Below are positions 31,601-46,424 of a stretch of 64,000 bases of DNA, piece by piece. The position numbers and the translations under genes were made by a program. The stretch is from assembly GCA_964016885.1 (NCBI GenBank), contig OZ024740.1, positions 387,066,001-387,130,000 on the forward strand. The letters run 5' to 3'. The DNA comes from Eledone cirrhosa. Lineage: Eukaryota. The first letter of the stretch is position 1. The number at the start of each line of letters is the position of its first letter. The notes beneath the pieces were generated by a model. The model was given only the letters and a program-made list of their open reading frames with translations, did no database searches and had not been told where the DNA came from.

Positions 31601-34444
31601 GAATGGTATGATAGAGAGAGACAGGCAGTAGGAATGGTACGATAGAGAGAGACAGGCAGTAGGAATGGTATGATAGAGAGAGACAGGCAGTAGGAATGGT
31701 ATGATAGAGAGAGGCAGGCAGTAGGAATGGTACGATAGAGAGAGGCAGGCAGTAGGAATGGTATGATAGAGAGGGGCAGGCAGTAGGAATGGTACGATAG
31801 AGAGAGGCAGGCAGTAGGAATGGTACGATAGAGAGAGACAGGCAGTAGGAATGGTACGATAGAGAGAGACAGGCAGTAGGAATGGTATGATAGAGAGGGG
31901 CAGGCAGTAGGAATGGTACGATAGAGAGAGGCAGGCAGTAGGAATGGTATGATAGAGAGAGACAGGCAGTAGGAATGGTATGATAGAGAGAGACAGGCAG
32001 TAGGAATGGTATGATAGAGAGAGGCAGGCAGTAGGAATGGTATGATAGAGAGAGACAGGCAGTAGGAATGGTATGATAGAGAGAGACAGGCAGTAGGAAT
32101 GGTACGATAGAGAGAGGCAGGCAGTAGGAATGGTATGATAGAGAGGGGCAGGCAGTAGGAATGGTACGATAGAGAGAGACAGGCAGTAGGAATGGTATGA
32201 TAGAGAGAGACAGGCAGTAGGAATGGTACGATAGAGAGAGACAGGCAGTAGGAATGGTATGATAGAGAGGGGCAGGCAGTAGGAATGGTACGATAGAGAG
32301 AGGCAGGCAGTAGGAATGGTACGATAGAGAGAGACAGGCAGTAGGAATGGTACGATAGAGAGAGACAGGCAGTAGGAATGGTATGATAGAGAGAGACAGG
32401 CAGTAGGAATGGTACGATAGAGAGAGACAGGCAGTAGGAATGGTATGATAGAGAGAGACAGGCAGTAGGAATGGTACGATAGAGAGAGGCAGGCAGTAGG
32501 AATGGTACGATAGAGAGAGGCAGGCAGTAGGAATGGTACGATAGAGAGAGACAGGCAGTAGGAATGGTATGATAGAGAGAGGCAGGCAGTAGGAATGGTA
32601 TGATAGAGAGAGGCAGGCAGTAGGAATGGTACGATAGAGAGAGGCAGGCAGTAGGAATGGTATGATAGAGAGAGACAGGCAGTAGGAATGGTACGATAGA
32701 GAGGGGCAGGCAGGCAGTAGGAATGGTATGATAGAGAGGGGCAGGCAGTAGGAATGGTATGATAGAGAGGGGCAGGCAGTAGGAATGTTATGATAGAGAG
32801 AGACAGGCAGTAGGAATGGTATGATAGAGAGAGGCAGGCAGTAGGAATGGTATGAGAGAGGGGCAGGCAGTAGGAATGGTATGATAGAGAGAGGCAGGCA
32901 GTAGGAATGGTATGATAGAGAGAGACAGGCAGTAGGGAAGGTATGATAGAGAGAGGCAGGCAGTAGGAATGGTATGATAGAGAGAGGCAGGCAGTAGGAA
33001 TGGTATGATAGAGAGAGGCAGGCAGTAGGAATGGTATGATAGAGAGAGGCAGGCAGTAGGAATGGTATGATAGAGAGGGGCAGGCAGTAGGAATGGTATG
33101 ATAGAGAGAGGCAGGCAGTAGGAATGGTACGATAGAGAGGGGCAGGCAGTAGGAATGGTATGATAGAGAGAGGCAGGCAGTAGGAATGGTATGATAGAGA
33201 GAGGCAGGCAGTAGGAATGGTATGAGAGAGAGGCAGGCAGTAGGAATGGTATGATAGAGAGAGGCAGGCAGTAGGAATGGTACGATAGAGAGGGGCAGGC
33301 AGTAGGAATGGTATGATAGAGAGAGACAGGCAGTAGGAATGGTACGATAGAGAGAGGCAGGCAGTAGGAATGGTATGATAGAGAGAGGCAGGCAGTAGGA
33401 ATGGTACGATAGAGAGAGACAGGCAGTAGGAATGGTATGATAGAGAGAGGCAGGCAGTAGGAATGGTACGATAGAGAGAGGCAGGCAGTAGGAATGGTAT
33501 GATAGAGAGAGGCAGGCAGTAGGAATGGTACGATAGAGAGAGACAGGCAGTAGGAATGGTATGATAGAGAGAGGCAGGCAGTAGGAATGGTACGATAGAG
33601 AGAGGCAGGCAGTAGGAATGGTATGATAGAGAGAGACAGGCAGTAGGAATGGTATGATAGAGAGAGGCAGGCAGTAGGAATGGTATGATAGAGAGAGGCA
33701 GGCAGTAGGAATGGTACGATAGAGAGGGGCAGGCAGTAGGAATGGTACGATAGAGAGAGACAGGCAGTAGGAATGGTATGATAGAGAGAGGCAGGCAGTA
33801 GGAATGGTATGATAGAGAGAGGCAGGCAGTAGGAATGGTATGATAGAGAGAGGCAGGCAGTAGGAATGGTACGATAGAGAGAGACAGGCAGTAGGAATGG
33901 TATGATAGAGAGAGGCAGGCAGTAGGAATGGTATGATAGAGAGAGGCAGGCAGTAGGAATGGTATGATAGAGAGAGGCAGGCAGTAGGAATGGTACGATA
34001 GAGAGGGGCAGGCAGTAGGAATGGTATGATAGAGAGAGACAGGCAGTAGGAATGGTATGATAGAGAGAGGCAGGCAGTAGGAATGGTATGATAGAGAGAG
34101 GCAGGCAGTAGGAATGGTATGATAGAGAGAGGCAGGCAGTAGGAATGGTACGATAGAGAGGGGCAGGCAGTAGGAATGGTACGATAGAGAGAGACAGGCA
34201 GTAGGAATGGTATGATAGAGAGAGGCAGGCAGTAGGAATGGTATGATAGAGAGAGGCAGGCAGTAGGAATGGTATGATAGAGAGAGACAGGCAGTAGGAA
34301 TGGTACGATAGAGAGAGACAGGCAGTAGGAATGGTATGATAGAGAGAGACAGGCAGTAGGAATGGTACGATAGAGGGGCAGGCAGTAGGAATGGTATGAT
34401 AGAGAGAGGCAGGCAGTAGGAATGGTACGATAGAGGGGCAGGCA
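19633..34444. repeat. 14.8-kb satellite, 31-bp unit GATAGAGAGAG(G/A)..CAGGCAGTAGGAATGGTA(T/C), roughly 480 copies
   Basis: Tandem unit read directly, with 27- and 29-bp length variants; the 31-aa period of the translated ORFs equals three units. Confidence 0.98.
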
Positions 34445-37224
34445 TACACCTAGAGTTAACCAAGTTTCAATATTACAGATATATTTATAAGACTGCAGCT
34501 TATTGCCAATTGATATAGAATATATGTAGAGGAGAGAACTATATACTTGAATTATCATATGTCTTACATTAGTTCATTTCGACAATCTTAAAGTACACGA
34601 GGAATAGCAAAGGCTGCTATCCCCATGAGGTTTTTAAACAGAACGCCGAGGAAAGTAAACATTTAAGTCATATACATTTCTTACGTTAGTACAAATTGAA
34701 CTTAAACTAAATCGATCTCGTGAACACGAATACATGCGCAGTATTTATTGCATCGATCTTAGATAAATAAAATAAAAAGGCGATCCCCGCGAGTTTCGAA
34801 AATCAGAATGTAAAGGAAACTAAATACTGTATGATATTTAGTTTCGTGAAGTACCAATTCGTAGAGGCAGAAAGGAGCCCAAGTTGATAATTCTAATTTT
34901 GGCACAAGGCCAGCAAATTTGACGAGTTAGTAATAATAAAATGAGTCCAATTAGTAAAAAAAATATATATATTATATAACTATGTTTCTAAACTACATAT
35001 ATGTCTTTCTTTTCTGTTTCTTTATTAGGCACGCGGTCTTATTCTTTTATGGTAAAAGAATTGGTGTGTAGATCCGTTCAGAGATTTCCAGATTATTAAA
35101 GTCGTAGGTAAGGGGGTTCCCCAATATTTTTCGACTAGCTTACCCCGTGGCAACGTTTCGTATGTAATTTTACCCCATCTGTTTACTTCAGTAATTTGAG
35201 TTTACATCGCTACTATAATAGAGCAACTGACAAGGCGGAAGTTTTTAAATACTGTTTTTATCAGTATTATTTTAGGTTCAAATAACAATAATTGCATCAA
35301 ACTGCATTATTTTAATTACCTATGAACAATTTGTAATAAGCAGATGCCAATACTAGGACTATAATAACTAGCACATACATATTATAAAATTCATATCGTT
35401 AAGGTTAACACTAACAAGAAAACAACTATTTTGATAAACAAAATAGGCCTACTTTCACATTTTCTTTTCAAATTCAAATTTTATGGGACACCACTCTCAG
35501 AAACTAACTGTCTCACATCCAAGATGCAACGGTAAAAGTGGGCGTCATTGCATCCGGAGCCGAACGGAATAAACTACTAAAATACCGTGATTTATCGGTT
35601 AATTACATCGTACATATTTTGATATTCAAGACGTTCTGGGAAACAGCGAAATTTGTCATCGTTGGCCTTATTGAAATATCAGGTGATGCTCGTGAATGTG
35701 CTTGACTACTCCACTGCCTTAGCCTCGCTTATCACTCGTTTATTGGCTTGTACAAATTTTTTTTTTAGAAGGCAACACTGGCATTCCCTAGCAGTGTGCA
35801 ATTGAGAGGGCATGTCTATTTTTTTTAATTTGTTCTTTTAGCAAAGCATAAACCTTATATAAACACACCATTTGCTTGTTGAATAAAATCTCTGTTGGTC
35901 ATTTTTATTATTACATCCATCTCCGAGACGGGTGTTATGGAGTTCTCGGGTGGATGAATCACAGAAAACGAAAAATGTACGACCGTTTCGAAGGCAACAT
36001 TCGTTCAAAACACACCAACAATAAGAAAAACATAAGTTTCACCCCAAACCATAACATTTTAAAATAAAATAAAAAGAAAGACGATTACATCTGTCTCTGC
36101 GACGGGTGTAATAATAATAATTAAAAAAAGTTGAGAATCAGTTAATTTACCCCATCCAACCCCTACAGTTTACCACTGGAACCTTACTGTACTACGGCGA
36201 TAAGAATACATTCTGCTACATTATATAAGGTCTTTTGATAAAGCGTACATAACATTCTACCTTCCATCTCCAGTAGCTCGGAAACATTTGAACATTATCG
36301 GAATTTGTAATTAGAGATAAAACTAGAAACTTTCAGCTGTAAGATTTCAATTAATTCTTTACACAATTTATATATATAATGTTATCTAAGCATTTGTAAT
36401 GTTATTTATGTATATATTTAAAACATATGTTATTCTACTGTAAATTTATTTATATGCTCTGTTTATATTTTCATTCTGAAAGAATTGCAAACGATTTGTA
36501 ATGTATTTATGAAATAAAGTTTAAAATATATATATATATTTATTCATACATTCATTCATATTATACGAAGTTTATCAATTTCTTTAGAAACTTGTTTTGC
36601 TACTGTTTAACCCTAGGACAGCACTGATAGAATAATATTTGTATAATATAATTTTAAATATACTATCTCCATACTTTTATTGGATATTTTCTATCATTTT
36701 CAAAAATTTGTATTTATTAATTATAGTAGTTAATTAATTAGTAGCAGCTAAGAAACTGATAATTTGACCTGGAAATTGAAGTTCTTTTGTCATAGGCACT
36801 AGCCGAAGGGTGTGGCATGGAATTTCAAAATCTCTAAGGATGCCACGATAGAAAAAAGTTAAAAACCACTGCCTTACTGTCTTTAAAATAGAAAAGGCTT
36901 ATTTCCAGCAGTTCGAGTGACCGCAAAGATGCTCTCTGCGTTTCTATGTGGTTATTTAGTCTGAGATCAATGTTGACTGAAAAACCTATGATCAAAAACA
37001 CGTCAGTCGTGACCATCCTGCCTTTTTTTTCTTCAGATAGTGTATCTAAAATTATATTATATATGTAAATAAAAAAAAGAAAGCAGGTGGTAAAGGTCTA
37101 TATTCTCAACATTACCTGTCGTGACAAGTAGCATTTATCAACACATTAACCATTTTATGAAATTACAAGATCGACGTTATTTGTTTTTACTAAATATAGG
37201 TGTCTTTCAACACCGGTGCCAACA

Positions 37225-37550
37225 GGGGAGTCTCTACGAGGTCGTATGATCCGCTCGAGACAGCAGCCACCTCAAGCACACGTTGAATAATAGGGAAAAG
37301 ACGAAATGCTCACGACTAGAATGCCTTTGATCATGTCTGCTCAATCGATGTTTTCTTGGGTACTAAACAACAAGTACTTGCGAGGAGACGAAACAATTCG
37401 CTTGACTTGCTAGAAATATCAACCAAATCTCCTATGCATCTTAAATTTTGCTAAACAGTCGACAGTGTAGCCCCTGATATACAGACAAAATGGTCATGAT
37501 TGGAACGCCTTTAATGTTTACTCGATCAGGACTGACTCAAGACAACAACA
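37225..37550 (+). mobile_element. Two tandem degraded copies of a dispersed SINE-like repeat (family C)
   Basis: CTTGCTAGAAAT..CCAAATCT...AATGCCTTTGATCA...AAACAACAA; related copies at 36880-37020 (-), 40828-41145 (-), 55690-55885 (+). Confidence 0.5.
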
Positions 37551-38217
37551 AATTAGTAGAAGGGATCTAAATTATACATTTCACCCCCCACCCCAGTATT
37601 TTTTAGTCGGGTAATTAATTCATCAAGTCCTTTTAAAAAAATGATGAAATGTAACATTCATCGACGAATGACGAGATTTGCATTAAGAACCGTGAAATAT
37701 TGAACATGGTCATCTCCACAGCTTCAATTTATAGAAATATAAAGAAGAAAACAACTGACAGCAGATGTTTACATCCTTCCAGCTACTTTTGTGTTTATTG
37801 TTGCTATCGTTGTTGTAAGTTCGGTAAGTTAAATACATTCAAACAGAGCAGAAATTTATAAATCCTGCCCCCTATTTAATAAAATTAAAAAAAAAAAAAA
37901 AAAACACTTTTATCTTTAAAATTGGTTAGTGGGATAAAAATAATTATAGAAAGCAATATATATAACATAAGCTAAATCAGCGAGTAGACAAGCCACGTGT
38001 TGGTGGTCGATGAAAGCGATTTCTTGCAGCTGGAGTGTCACCATATAAATAGTTGAGAACAGTAGTAGAGAAACGAAATAAAATAAATGAATATGAACAG
38101 GTAAAAATCTTATTTACGTGGTAGACACACAGAAATGAATTGTACTGTTAAATTGGATAGCCACAGTACAGCTCATTTAAACTGTCACAAACTTTTAAGA
38201 AATCATTTTTAGTTTGT

Positions 38218-38436
38218 TTATCCCTTTCGTGATCGCATCTCTAATGAAATACACTATTTTAATTAATTATTGAAGAATTTCGAGAGATTTACTAAAATTA
38301 TTAATTATTTCATTACGAAGTAACTTAAGATTCTTATATAAAATTATGTTGGGATATTTTTATTAAAACTGGCAACCTTTAAAATGGGTGGTTTTATTTC
38401 ATAGAACCAGAACCGGTTTAGTAACTAATGGGTTAA
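38218..38436. mobile_element. piggyBac-like MITE relic
   Basis: TTATCCCTTTCGTGA ... TAACTAATGGGTTAA, with CCC/GGG termini next to TTAA-like sites. Confidence 0.45.
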
Positions 38437-40395
38437 AACTGCCAATTGTAATAAGTATAGGGAACCACAAGAAAGTTCGAGGAAATATTTTGTCATTTGT
38501 CGGTTTGGGGGGGGGGGGGGGGGTAAATAATGTATTTTAAAATGTTATTACTATATATGTGTGTGTGGTGTGTTTATCAACATCAGGGATTTATAAGCTT
38601 CTACTGCATTCGGTTGTTAAATTTGACAAACATTTGTTTTTCATATGATGTATACACACATACAAATTATATATATATATATATAATTGGTTGTGTCGCA
38701 TTAGGAATTTGAGAATTAAAAGCCGTTTCAACAAATGAACATACATACGCATGTCCATTCGTTTTTTTGAGAAAATTGGTGAAAAAAAAAAAAAAATAAA
38801 GATAAACCATATACATGACTGGATGAAGACTATAATGTTCCTTGTCCATTCTGATACACAGTTCTCTTCGTGTAGTTGAAATATAAGATAAAGAAAATAG
38901 AAACAAGATAACGTAAATACAATCTTACCTGTCCTTTATTTAATGGCACTCCAACAACCCCGATCTTCTGCAAGTGTATATGTCGCCAGAATGTCACTTG
39001 CATTGATTGTGTTGGTCGCAGCAGATTCACACATGATTTTTGTTGACTGTTTATAACATTTCTAATAACGCATGAGAAACCACAAAACGTCCGTCTATTG
39101 ATAAAATTATGCAACAAGTGGTTATATAATGTTCGCTGTCTTAAATGGAAAGACATGATTTATATAATAGCTGATCGATTTATTTTATTGAATTTTCTTC
39201 CGTAACTATGGCTGTCGATGATGTTAGTTCTATATTTTCTGTCTAACAGGAGATGTTTTTCAGTGGTACCTATATGTACAGCGGTAAATCTTATCTTCGT
39301 TTAGGCTCTTAAAAAGTTACACTGTTCTGCTTTATATTCCAAATGACACTGAAGTTATTGTTCTTTCTTTCCCTCTCTTTCCACTTTACCTTCCCTCTTT
39401 CTATTGTTGCTTTCTCTTTCTCCCCCCCCCCCCCACACACTCCTTGTTTTTCTTTCCTTACAACATTCTCTTCCTTTCTCCTACATCCTCCCCCTACTAC
39501 TTTTCTTTTACCCTCCTCCTTTTCCTTCATCGCCACCTTTACATTATGATTATCCCCTCTTCCTGTCAACCAGCATTCTCTTTCTCTACCCCTCCTCTCT
39601 ATTGTTTTTGTTTTCTTTATTCCCCATTGCCACGTTTAAGCTCTTTCTCTTTTCCTCTCTCTTCTCCTCTCTCTCAATATTATTAAATTTCTACTGTCTT
39701 TTCTCATCATCTCATATTTTCTCCTCTCCCTTTCAGTATTTCACTCTATAATCACTACCTTTCTCTCTATAATGTTTAAGGGCATTGTGCCCTTAAACTC
39801 CTCTTTCTATTTTCTTTGTTAGTATCATTCTTACTTATTCCGTTATGTACCTCAGCATTCCTCTCATTCATTATCTCTTTTTTATTTTTACCTTCTCTTA
39901 GCATTTTAATTTATCCTGCATGTCTCATATTTTCTGTATTTTAAACACTGACTCTCCATCTCTCTTGAATGTGTTGCTGTGTGTCGTCATCCCACCAATT
40001 CACTTTTTTTCATATATCTATTTTTTTAATGTTTGATTTTAAGAAAGGGCCTGTGCTCCTGGTCTTCTAAGCTTTCCACGTCACTTAGTCATTTTCTTTC
40101 TCTCTTTCTCTGTATCATTTATTCAATATTCTATTCTGACCATAGCATTAATCTGTTTTCTTTCTCCTTTACTCTCCTTCCCTCTTTCTCCCCTATTGTC
40201 CTTTCCTGCCTCTTGTACTTTCTCTCCACACATTTACAACAGCTGTCACCATATATTTCCATTCTCTATTTCGATCTTTTCTCTTTTTACTCTCATAATA
40301 AATTTCTATTGTTACTTTCTTTCTTTCAAATTACACCAGAGTATCACTATCAGAGTTTAATTAAATGTTAGTTTGTATCAGTATTTCATTCAGGG

Positions 40396-40813
40396 AGGAT
40401 GGTGGAGTGGCAGAAACGTTAGTGCTTCGGACAAAATGCTTTACGGTATAGAGATACGGCTCTTTACTTTCTGAGTTCAAATTCCTCCGAGGTTAGCTTT
40501 GTTTTTCATCCTTATGGGGTCGATAAAATCAAGTGCTAATAACGCACTGGAGTCGATTTAATCGACTTTCACCTTCCATTCAAATTTCTGGCTTTGTGCC
40601 AAATGTAGAAACAATTATTTCATTCAGGGAGGGGCGGTAGATTGGCAGAATAATTAGAGCGTCGGACAAAATGCATTTCAGTATTTCGTTACAGCCTTCT
40701 ACGTTCTAGTTTCAAATCCTGCCAAAGTCAACTTTACCTTTCATCCTTCCTGGGCCTATAAAATAAACTGCTGGGGGTCGATATAGTTGTATTTGTGCCT
40801 AAATTAGAAACAA
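40396..40813 (+). mobile_element. Two tandem family A tRNA-derived SINEs (Deu/Nin-like central domain)
   Basis: A box TGGCAGAA..GTTAG, B box GTTCAAATTC, core TTTCATCCTT..GGGGTCGATAAAAT; TATTTCATTCAGGG recurs at all three junctions. Confidence 0.85.
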
Positions 40814-41318
40814 TTATTTCATTCAGGGTTGTTGTTTAGCTGACCTAAGATTAAAAGTATTCTAGCCAATACTATAGTAGTGTGTATATCAACCGGATAG
40901 CCCTTGAAATTGAAGCCAGCCCCATCGCACCACCACATCGGACTCTACAAAAATACAACAGTGACTCCCTCTTGAAGTGTCGTCCAGTGTGTACTGCTCT
41001 CACCGCCCCAGTACCTACACACACACACACAATAGCCATGTCTTTTTTAGGCATATTGTATCCTTGACATGTTCTTTTTTTAAGGAAGAAAGATGTAATT
41101 TGAGGGAAATTTTGCTGCTATTTTAGCAGCCAAAACATTGTGTAGAGTCTCCATCGTACACTTCTATAAATTCCAGGAGAACTGGTAATAAGAGCAGGCC
41201 AGATATGAAATGTAGGACCCATTTCAAAGTGCTCATTATGTAGCTTAGTAATCAATGTTAAATACATATAATTTATATAAAGGTTGCGTGTGTATACATG
41301 TATATGTAGTGTAGATAG

Positions 41319-41655
41319 TGAAGACGCATGGCTTCGTAGTTAATGTTGGGTCTACGATTGTAAGGTCATGAGTTCGATTCCTGGACCAGTCACGTGCTGT
41401 GTACTTGAGCAAGACCCTATATTTCATGTTCTTCCGGCCCACTCAGCTGGAAAAAAATGAGTTGTGATGGTATTGCCGTCAAGCTGTATCGCGTTTGCCT
41501 TTCGTTTGAACAATATCAGTCGCCTGGAGAGGGGAGACTGACATGCATGGGTGACTGCTGGTCTTCCACAAAACACCTTGCCCGGCTTTGCACCTGGAAG
41601 AAGAACTTTCCAGGTATAACCTCATTGTCAGTAACAACAAAAGGCCCTCATCTGT
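41319..41655 (+). mobile_element. tRNA-derived SINE (family B)
   Basis: GAAGACGCATGGCTTCGTAGTTAA (A box), GAGTTCGATTCC (B box), GTGTACTTGAGCAAGAC core; second copy at 57689. Confidence 0.8.
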
Positions 41656-42182
41656 AGTGTATGCAATATAGAGCAGGCTAAATGATCTAAAACTTGAAGC
41701 GAGTAGGCCCCCTCAAACTCGTAGGCTTATGCCAACAGGCTTATTTAGCGCCATCTCTCGTCTAGTAGCTTTGAGAAGACAAGCGAAACACTTCGGTAAT
41801 TAGTGTGTTTTGCACACAAAACCTTTTTTTTCTTTCTAATAAGCAAAAGTATATGCAAAAGGCCAGATTAAAACCTTTAGAGACCCTGAGTACTGTTACG
41901 ATTGTGGGGGCCCACATTTTATGGGTCCTGGTTCAGCTGTAACATTGAACCAAGATCCATTGGAAATTTGGCTGTGGAAAAAAACCCTATGGAGCCCCGC
42001 TTTATTTAGCGCCCTAAGCATGTGCTTATTTTGTTTAATGGTTTATCCAAGGCTGACATGTAGGATTTGAAGAACATGATTTGGGTATGACAGTTACGTT
42101 TTTTCGTTACTAAAACCAAAAACAGCGACAATTAATGATTGCTTTCAGACTTAATTTATTCAGATTATTTTAAAGTGTTTTG

Positions 42183-42383
42183 AGGGCGGCAGATCGACAG
42201 TGTCGTTAGAACGTCAGATGAAATGCTTAGAAGTATTTATTGAAATTCCACGGAGATCAACTTTGCCTTTCATCCTTCTGAGATTGATAAAATAAAATAC
42301 TAGCCAAGCACTAGGGTCGATATAATCGACTTTCCCTTCTCTCCAAACTACTGGCGTTCTGCCTAAATTAGAAACCATTATTG
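42183..42383 (+). mobile_element. Family A SINE with AAAGTGTTTT target-site duplication
   Basis: Core AACTTTGCCTTTCATCCTT; AAAGTGTTTT on both flanks. Confidence 0.8.
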
Positions 42384-42429
42384 AAAAGTGTTTTACGCAA
42401 ATACATTTACGATTGTTAAAAAATATAAT

Positions 42430-42640
42430 TTACTCCATGCATATCAAACATGCGGCCCTTTACAAGCACACCAGCGGCCCGCACAAAGGTTTTTACAGCA
42501 CGAGCATGTTTTATCTTCGCAATATAAAATTAAAATAAAAAAATACTTGTAATGTACACAATTAGTTGTCATGTGTGGCCCTCAGACAACACATATGTGA
42601 CACATGTGGCCCTCGGGGGACCCGAGGTTTGACATGTCTG
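42430..42640. mobile_element. hAT/Charlie-like MITE relic
   Basis: TCAAACATGCGGCCC ... GTTTGACATGTCTG with repeated G(C/T)GGCCC subterminal motifs. Confidence 0.5.
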
Positions 42641-42899
42641 ATCTAGACAATATTAAAATGTTACATATAACAACGGATACATTATGCCTTTATGTTTTCT
42701 ATGCAGAATGTAATTGGCATTGAAGGGAGGTGTTAAACTGAATATTAGTCTATCACCGACACCTTCAACCGCTATTCTTACACAGATATACTACACCTAC
42801 ACACTTTCCACACTTAACAGTCCTTATTCACATGCAATTTACACAGCCCTTGCCGAATCTGCATAAAAGAGAAGAGAATATGAGAAAGATATAATTAAA

Positions 42900-43914
<1,015 letters not shown>

Positions 43915-43918
<4 letters not shown>

Positions 43919-44522
43919 TGGCTGCCAACTCGTTTTCGAGTACGGCCACTACTTTATATCCATGTAGGAGAACCCCTACCGATGCGCTGAACGAATGTGA
44001 CTTTTTAGTCCAGCCAGCGACTTGAAAACTCTGGTACAAAGACTACACTTGTGACCATTATTGACACATAGTGCAGGGCCCATGATGCCATGTGATGACA
44101 AGTGCAGAGAGATCTCCAGATATAAAGCAATGCCTGTGCTGTGAAGCTTTTATAGTGAGCAAAGGCACTGCACAAAGCCAGTCCCACTCTCTTAACCAAG
44201 ATGATATTTACCAAAAAGAAGAACAAGTCAACATCATTGGATACCATCAGGGTTGCAGGTGTTATATCAGAGTTTTCCTTCTCCTAGAATTCTGCCTTGA
44301 CAAAGGCTAAGGGGTCATCTCTCCCGGTGATTTTGGATGGCTATTGAGTCTTAAGAGCTCCCTTGCCCTTTGACAGGTTTTGTTTTTAGTCCTGCAGGAT
44401 GTCCAAAGTCACCCTCCTCACCAAGAAACCTTGGTGGGGTTGCCAGTTTAGTCGCCAACGACCCGACCATGAGACAGGTTGTACTGGGATACATGTTACC
44501 AGTAGCACCAACTGGTGACCTG
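43915..44522 (-). mobile_element. Non-autonomous RTE-related retroposon inserted in (TA)n
   Basis: The sense-strand 3' end AGTGGCCGTACTCGAAAACGAGTTGGCAGCCACCAT matches the RTE tail at 14076-14111 at 30/36 positions; the 5' part resembles RTE 5' UTRs (GGCGACTAAA, AGGAGAAGGAAAACTCTGA); no ORF. Confidence 0.75.
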
Positions 44523-44526
44523 TATA

Positions 44527-44633
<107 letters not shown>

Positions 44634-44792
44634 TTACATATATAGATTTTGAGTATATGTTGGTTGTATACCAACACCTCAGTATGCAGGCTGGAGTACT
44701 CGACGAAGTGCGCAGGTTGGTTTGGTTACTCCGGAATAGTGTAAAATAAAGTTAAATAAAAGTCAAATGATTAAAATTTAGCTTCGTTTATT

Positions 44793-44847
44793 ACTGCTAT
44801 ATATATTTCAGTGACAACCATCTTTGGCTGTGACCTCTTCAGGCAGT
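44793..44847 (-). ncRNA. Type I hammerhead ribozyme
   Basis: ACTGC-CTGAAGA-GGTCACAGCCA AAGA TGGTTGTCACT-GAAA-TATATA-TA-GCAGT: both core boxes, stem I ACTGC/GCAGT, stem II, palindromic minimal stem III. Confidence 0.72.
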
Positions 44848-44994
44848 TTGAATTAGTATGGTATAGACAAGTACATATGTTGTTGAGGTGTCAGTGAAAT
44901 AACAACCCAACAAAGTAGAACTGGGCATATCAGAGTATTGACAATATTATACACCTCAACAACATATGTACTTGTCTATACCATACTAATTCAA

Positions 44995-45049
44995 ACTGCC
45001 TGAAGAGGTCACAGCCAAAGATGGCTGTCACTGAAATATATATAGCAAT
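44995..45049 (+). ncRNA. Type I hammerhead ribozyme (inverted twin)
   Basis: ACTGC-CTGAAGA-..ACAGCCA AAGA TGGCTGT..-GAAA-TATATA-TA-GCAAT; one stem I mismatch. Confidence 0.68.
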
Positions 45050-45097
45050 AATAACCGAAGCTAAATTTTAAACATTTGACTTTTATTTAACTTTATT

Positions 45098-45532
<435 letters not shown>

Positions 45533-45824
45533 CTGTCTAGTGGTGTCATGCCATACTTGCCTCCTTCAACAGCAAAATGTCACAATCACTGCACATCTGA
45601 AGAAAATATTATCTCACTCAGCCCCCTATTAAACATGAACAGCAGGCAACTAAAACTATTACGATCACTTTCAATGTTAGACCTAATTATCACCGAGGAC
45701 ATCTTCAATAGCGAAAACTGCATCGCAAAGATTGGCCTTTTTCTTAAAATCCAGAAAATACTTAACATCTACTAAGCCGACGTGAAGCTCAGGTTAAATC
45801 CACAATGAAGCACACACAAACACA

Positions 45825-45998
45825 CAGTGCTGGATTTACTATTGTGCTTAGGTGTGCTTAAACACAGGGCCGAATTGGCCAGGGGGTGGGGGGTGGGCGT
45901 ATTCCTGTCAAAACATGTTTTTACTTCCTTCAGGGCCTAAGTAAGGGGCCTCATAACTTAACTAACACAGGACCTCATTTGTCCTAAATCCGGCACTG
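45825..45998 (+). mobile_element. hAT-type MITE
   Basis: TIRs CAGTGCTGGATTTA / TAAATCCGGCACTG; same family as 55072-55237. Confidence 0.75.
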
Positions 45999-46424
45999 TA
46001 TACACACACGCACTGACGCACACACATGCGCGCGCGCGCGCGCACACTCACGCACACACTCACGCACACACACTCACACTCACGCACGCACACACACACA
46101 CACACAATCACACACGCTCACTTCAACTGGTTGACATGAGGTCAATCACAAATACACTCTAGTCTCTGGATTACAGATATGCTATCTCCACTCTGTCCAT
46201 CTCTCTCTACTGTTGCTACAATGGTATCTGCACTTCAGAGCTAGTTTCGTGCTACCTCCACTCAAGCACTCCTCATTCATCTCTCCTTCATTAGTCATCG
46301 ATATCCTGTACCTCTTAGTCCCGCACTAATCATTACACACAGTCATTGTGCTCTAAAATGTCGACTATCTAACTCTGCAAAGGCAATGGATTTAATCCTT
46401 CTTTCATAATAAACCAATAGAAAA

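Noticed and set aside
19633-34444. CRISPR-like array
   Set aside because: Contiguous tandem units without unique spacers, no cas genes, eukaryotic context.
19542-34558. Giant SYHSYCLSLSIIPFLLP ORFs (up to 2913 aa)
   Set aside because: The unit is 31 bp (not a multiple of 3) with frequent 2- and 4-bp indels, so there is no frame selection. This is a satellite artefact.
35105-36190. Possible degraded DNA transposon (GTAAGGGGGTTCC ... GGAACCTTAC)
   Set aside because: The terminal match is short and imperfect, with no TSD or transposase motif identified.
38830-39156. Possible host exons on the - strand (CAG|GTAAG donor near 38930 and a pyrimidine tract)
   Set aside because: The putative acceptor ends in CAA, in-frame stops follow, and the peptide is not recognisable.
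39340-40370. Phe/Leu/Ser-rich ORFs resembling membrane proteins
   Set aside because: Low-complexity polypyrimidine DNA.
41319-41400. tRNA genes at SINE heads (also 55433, 57689)
   Set aside because: A and B boxes are present, but there is no complete cloverleaf or terminator and the sequence continues into SINE bodies.
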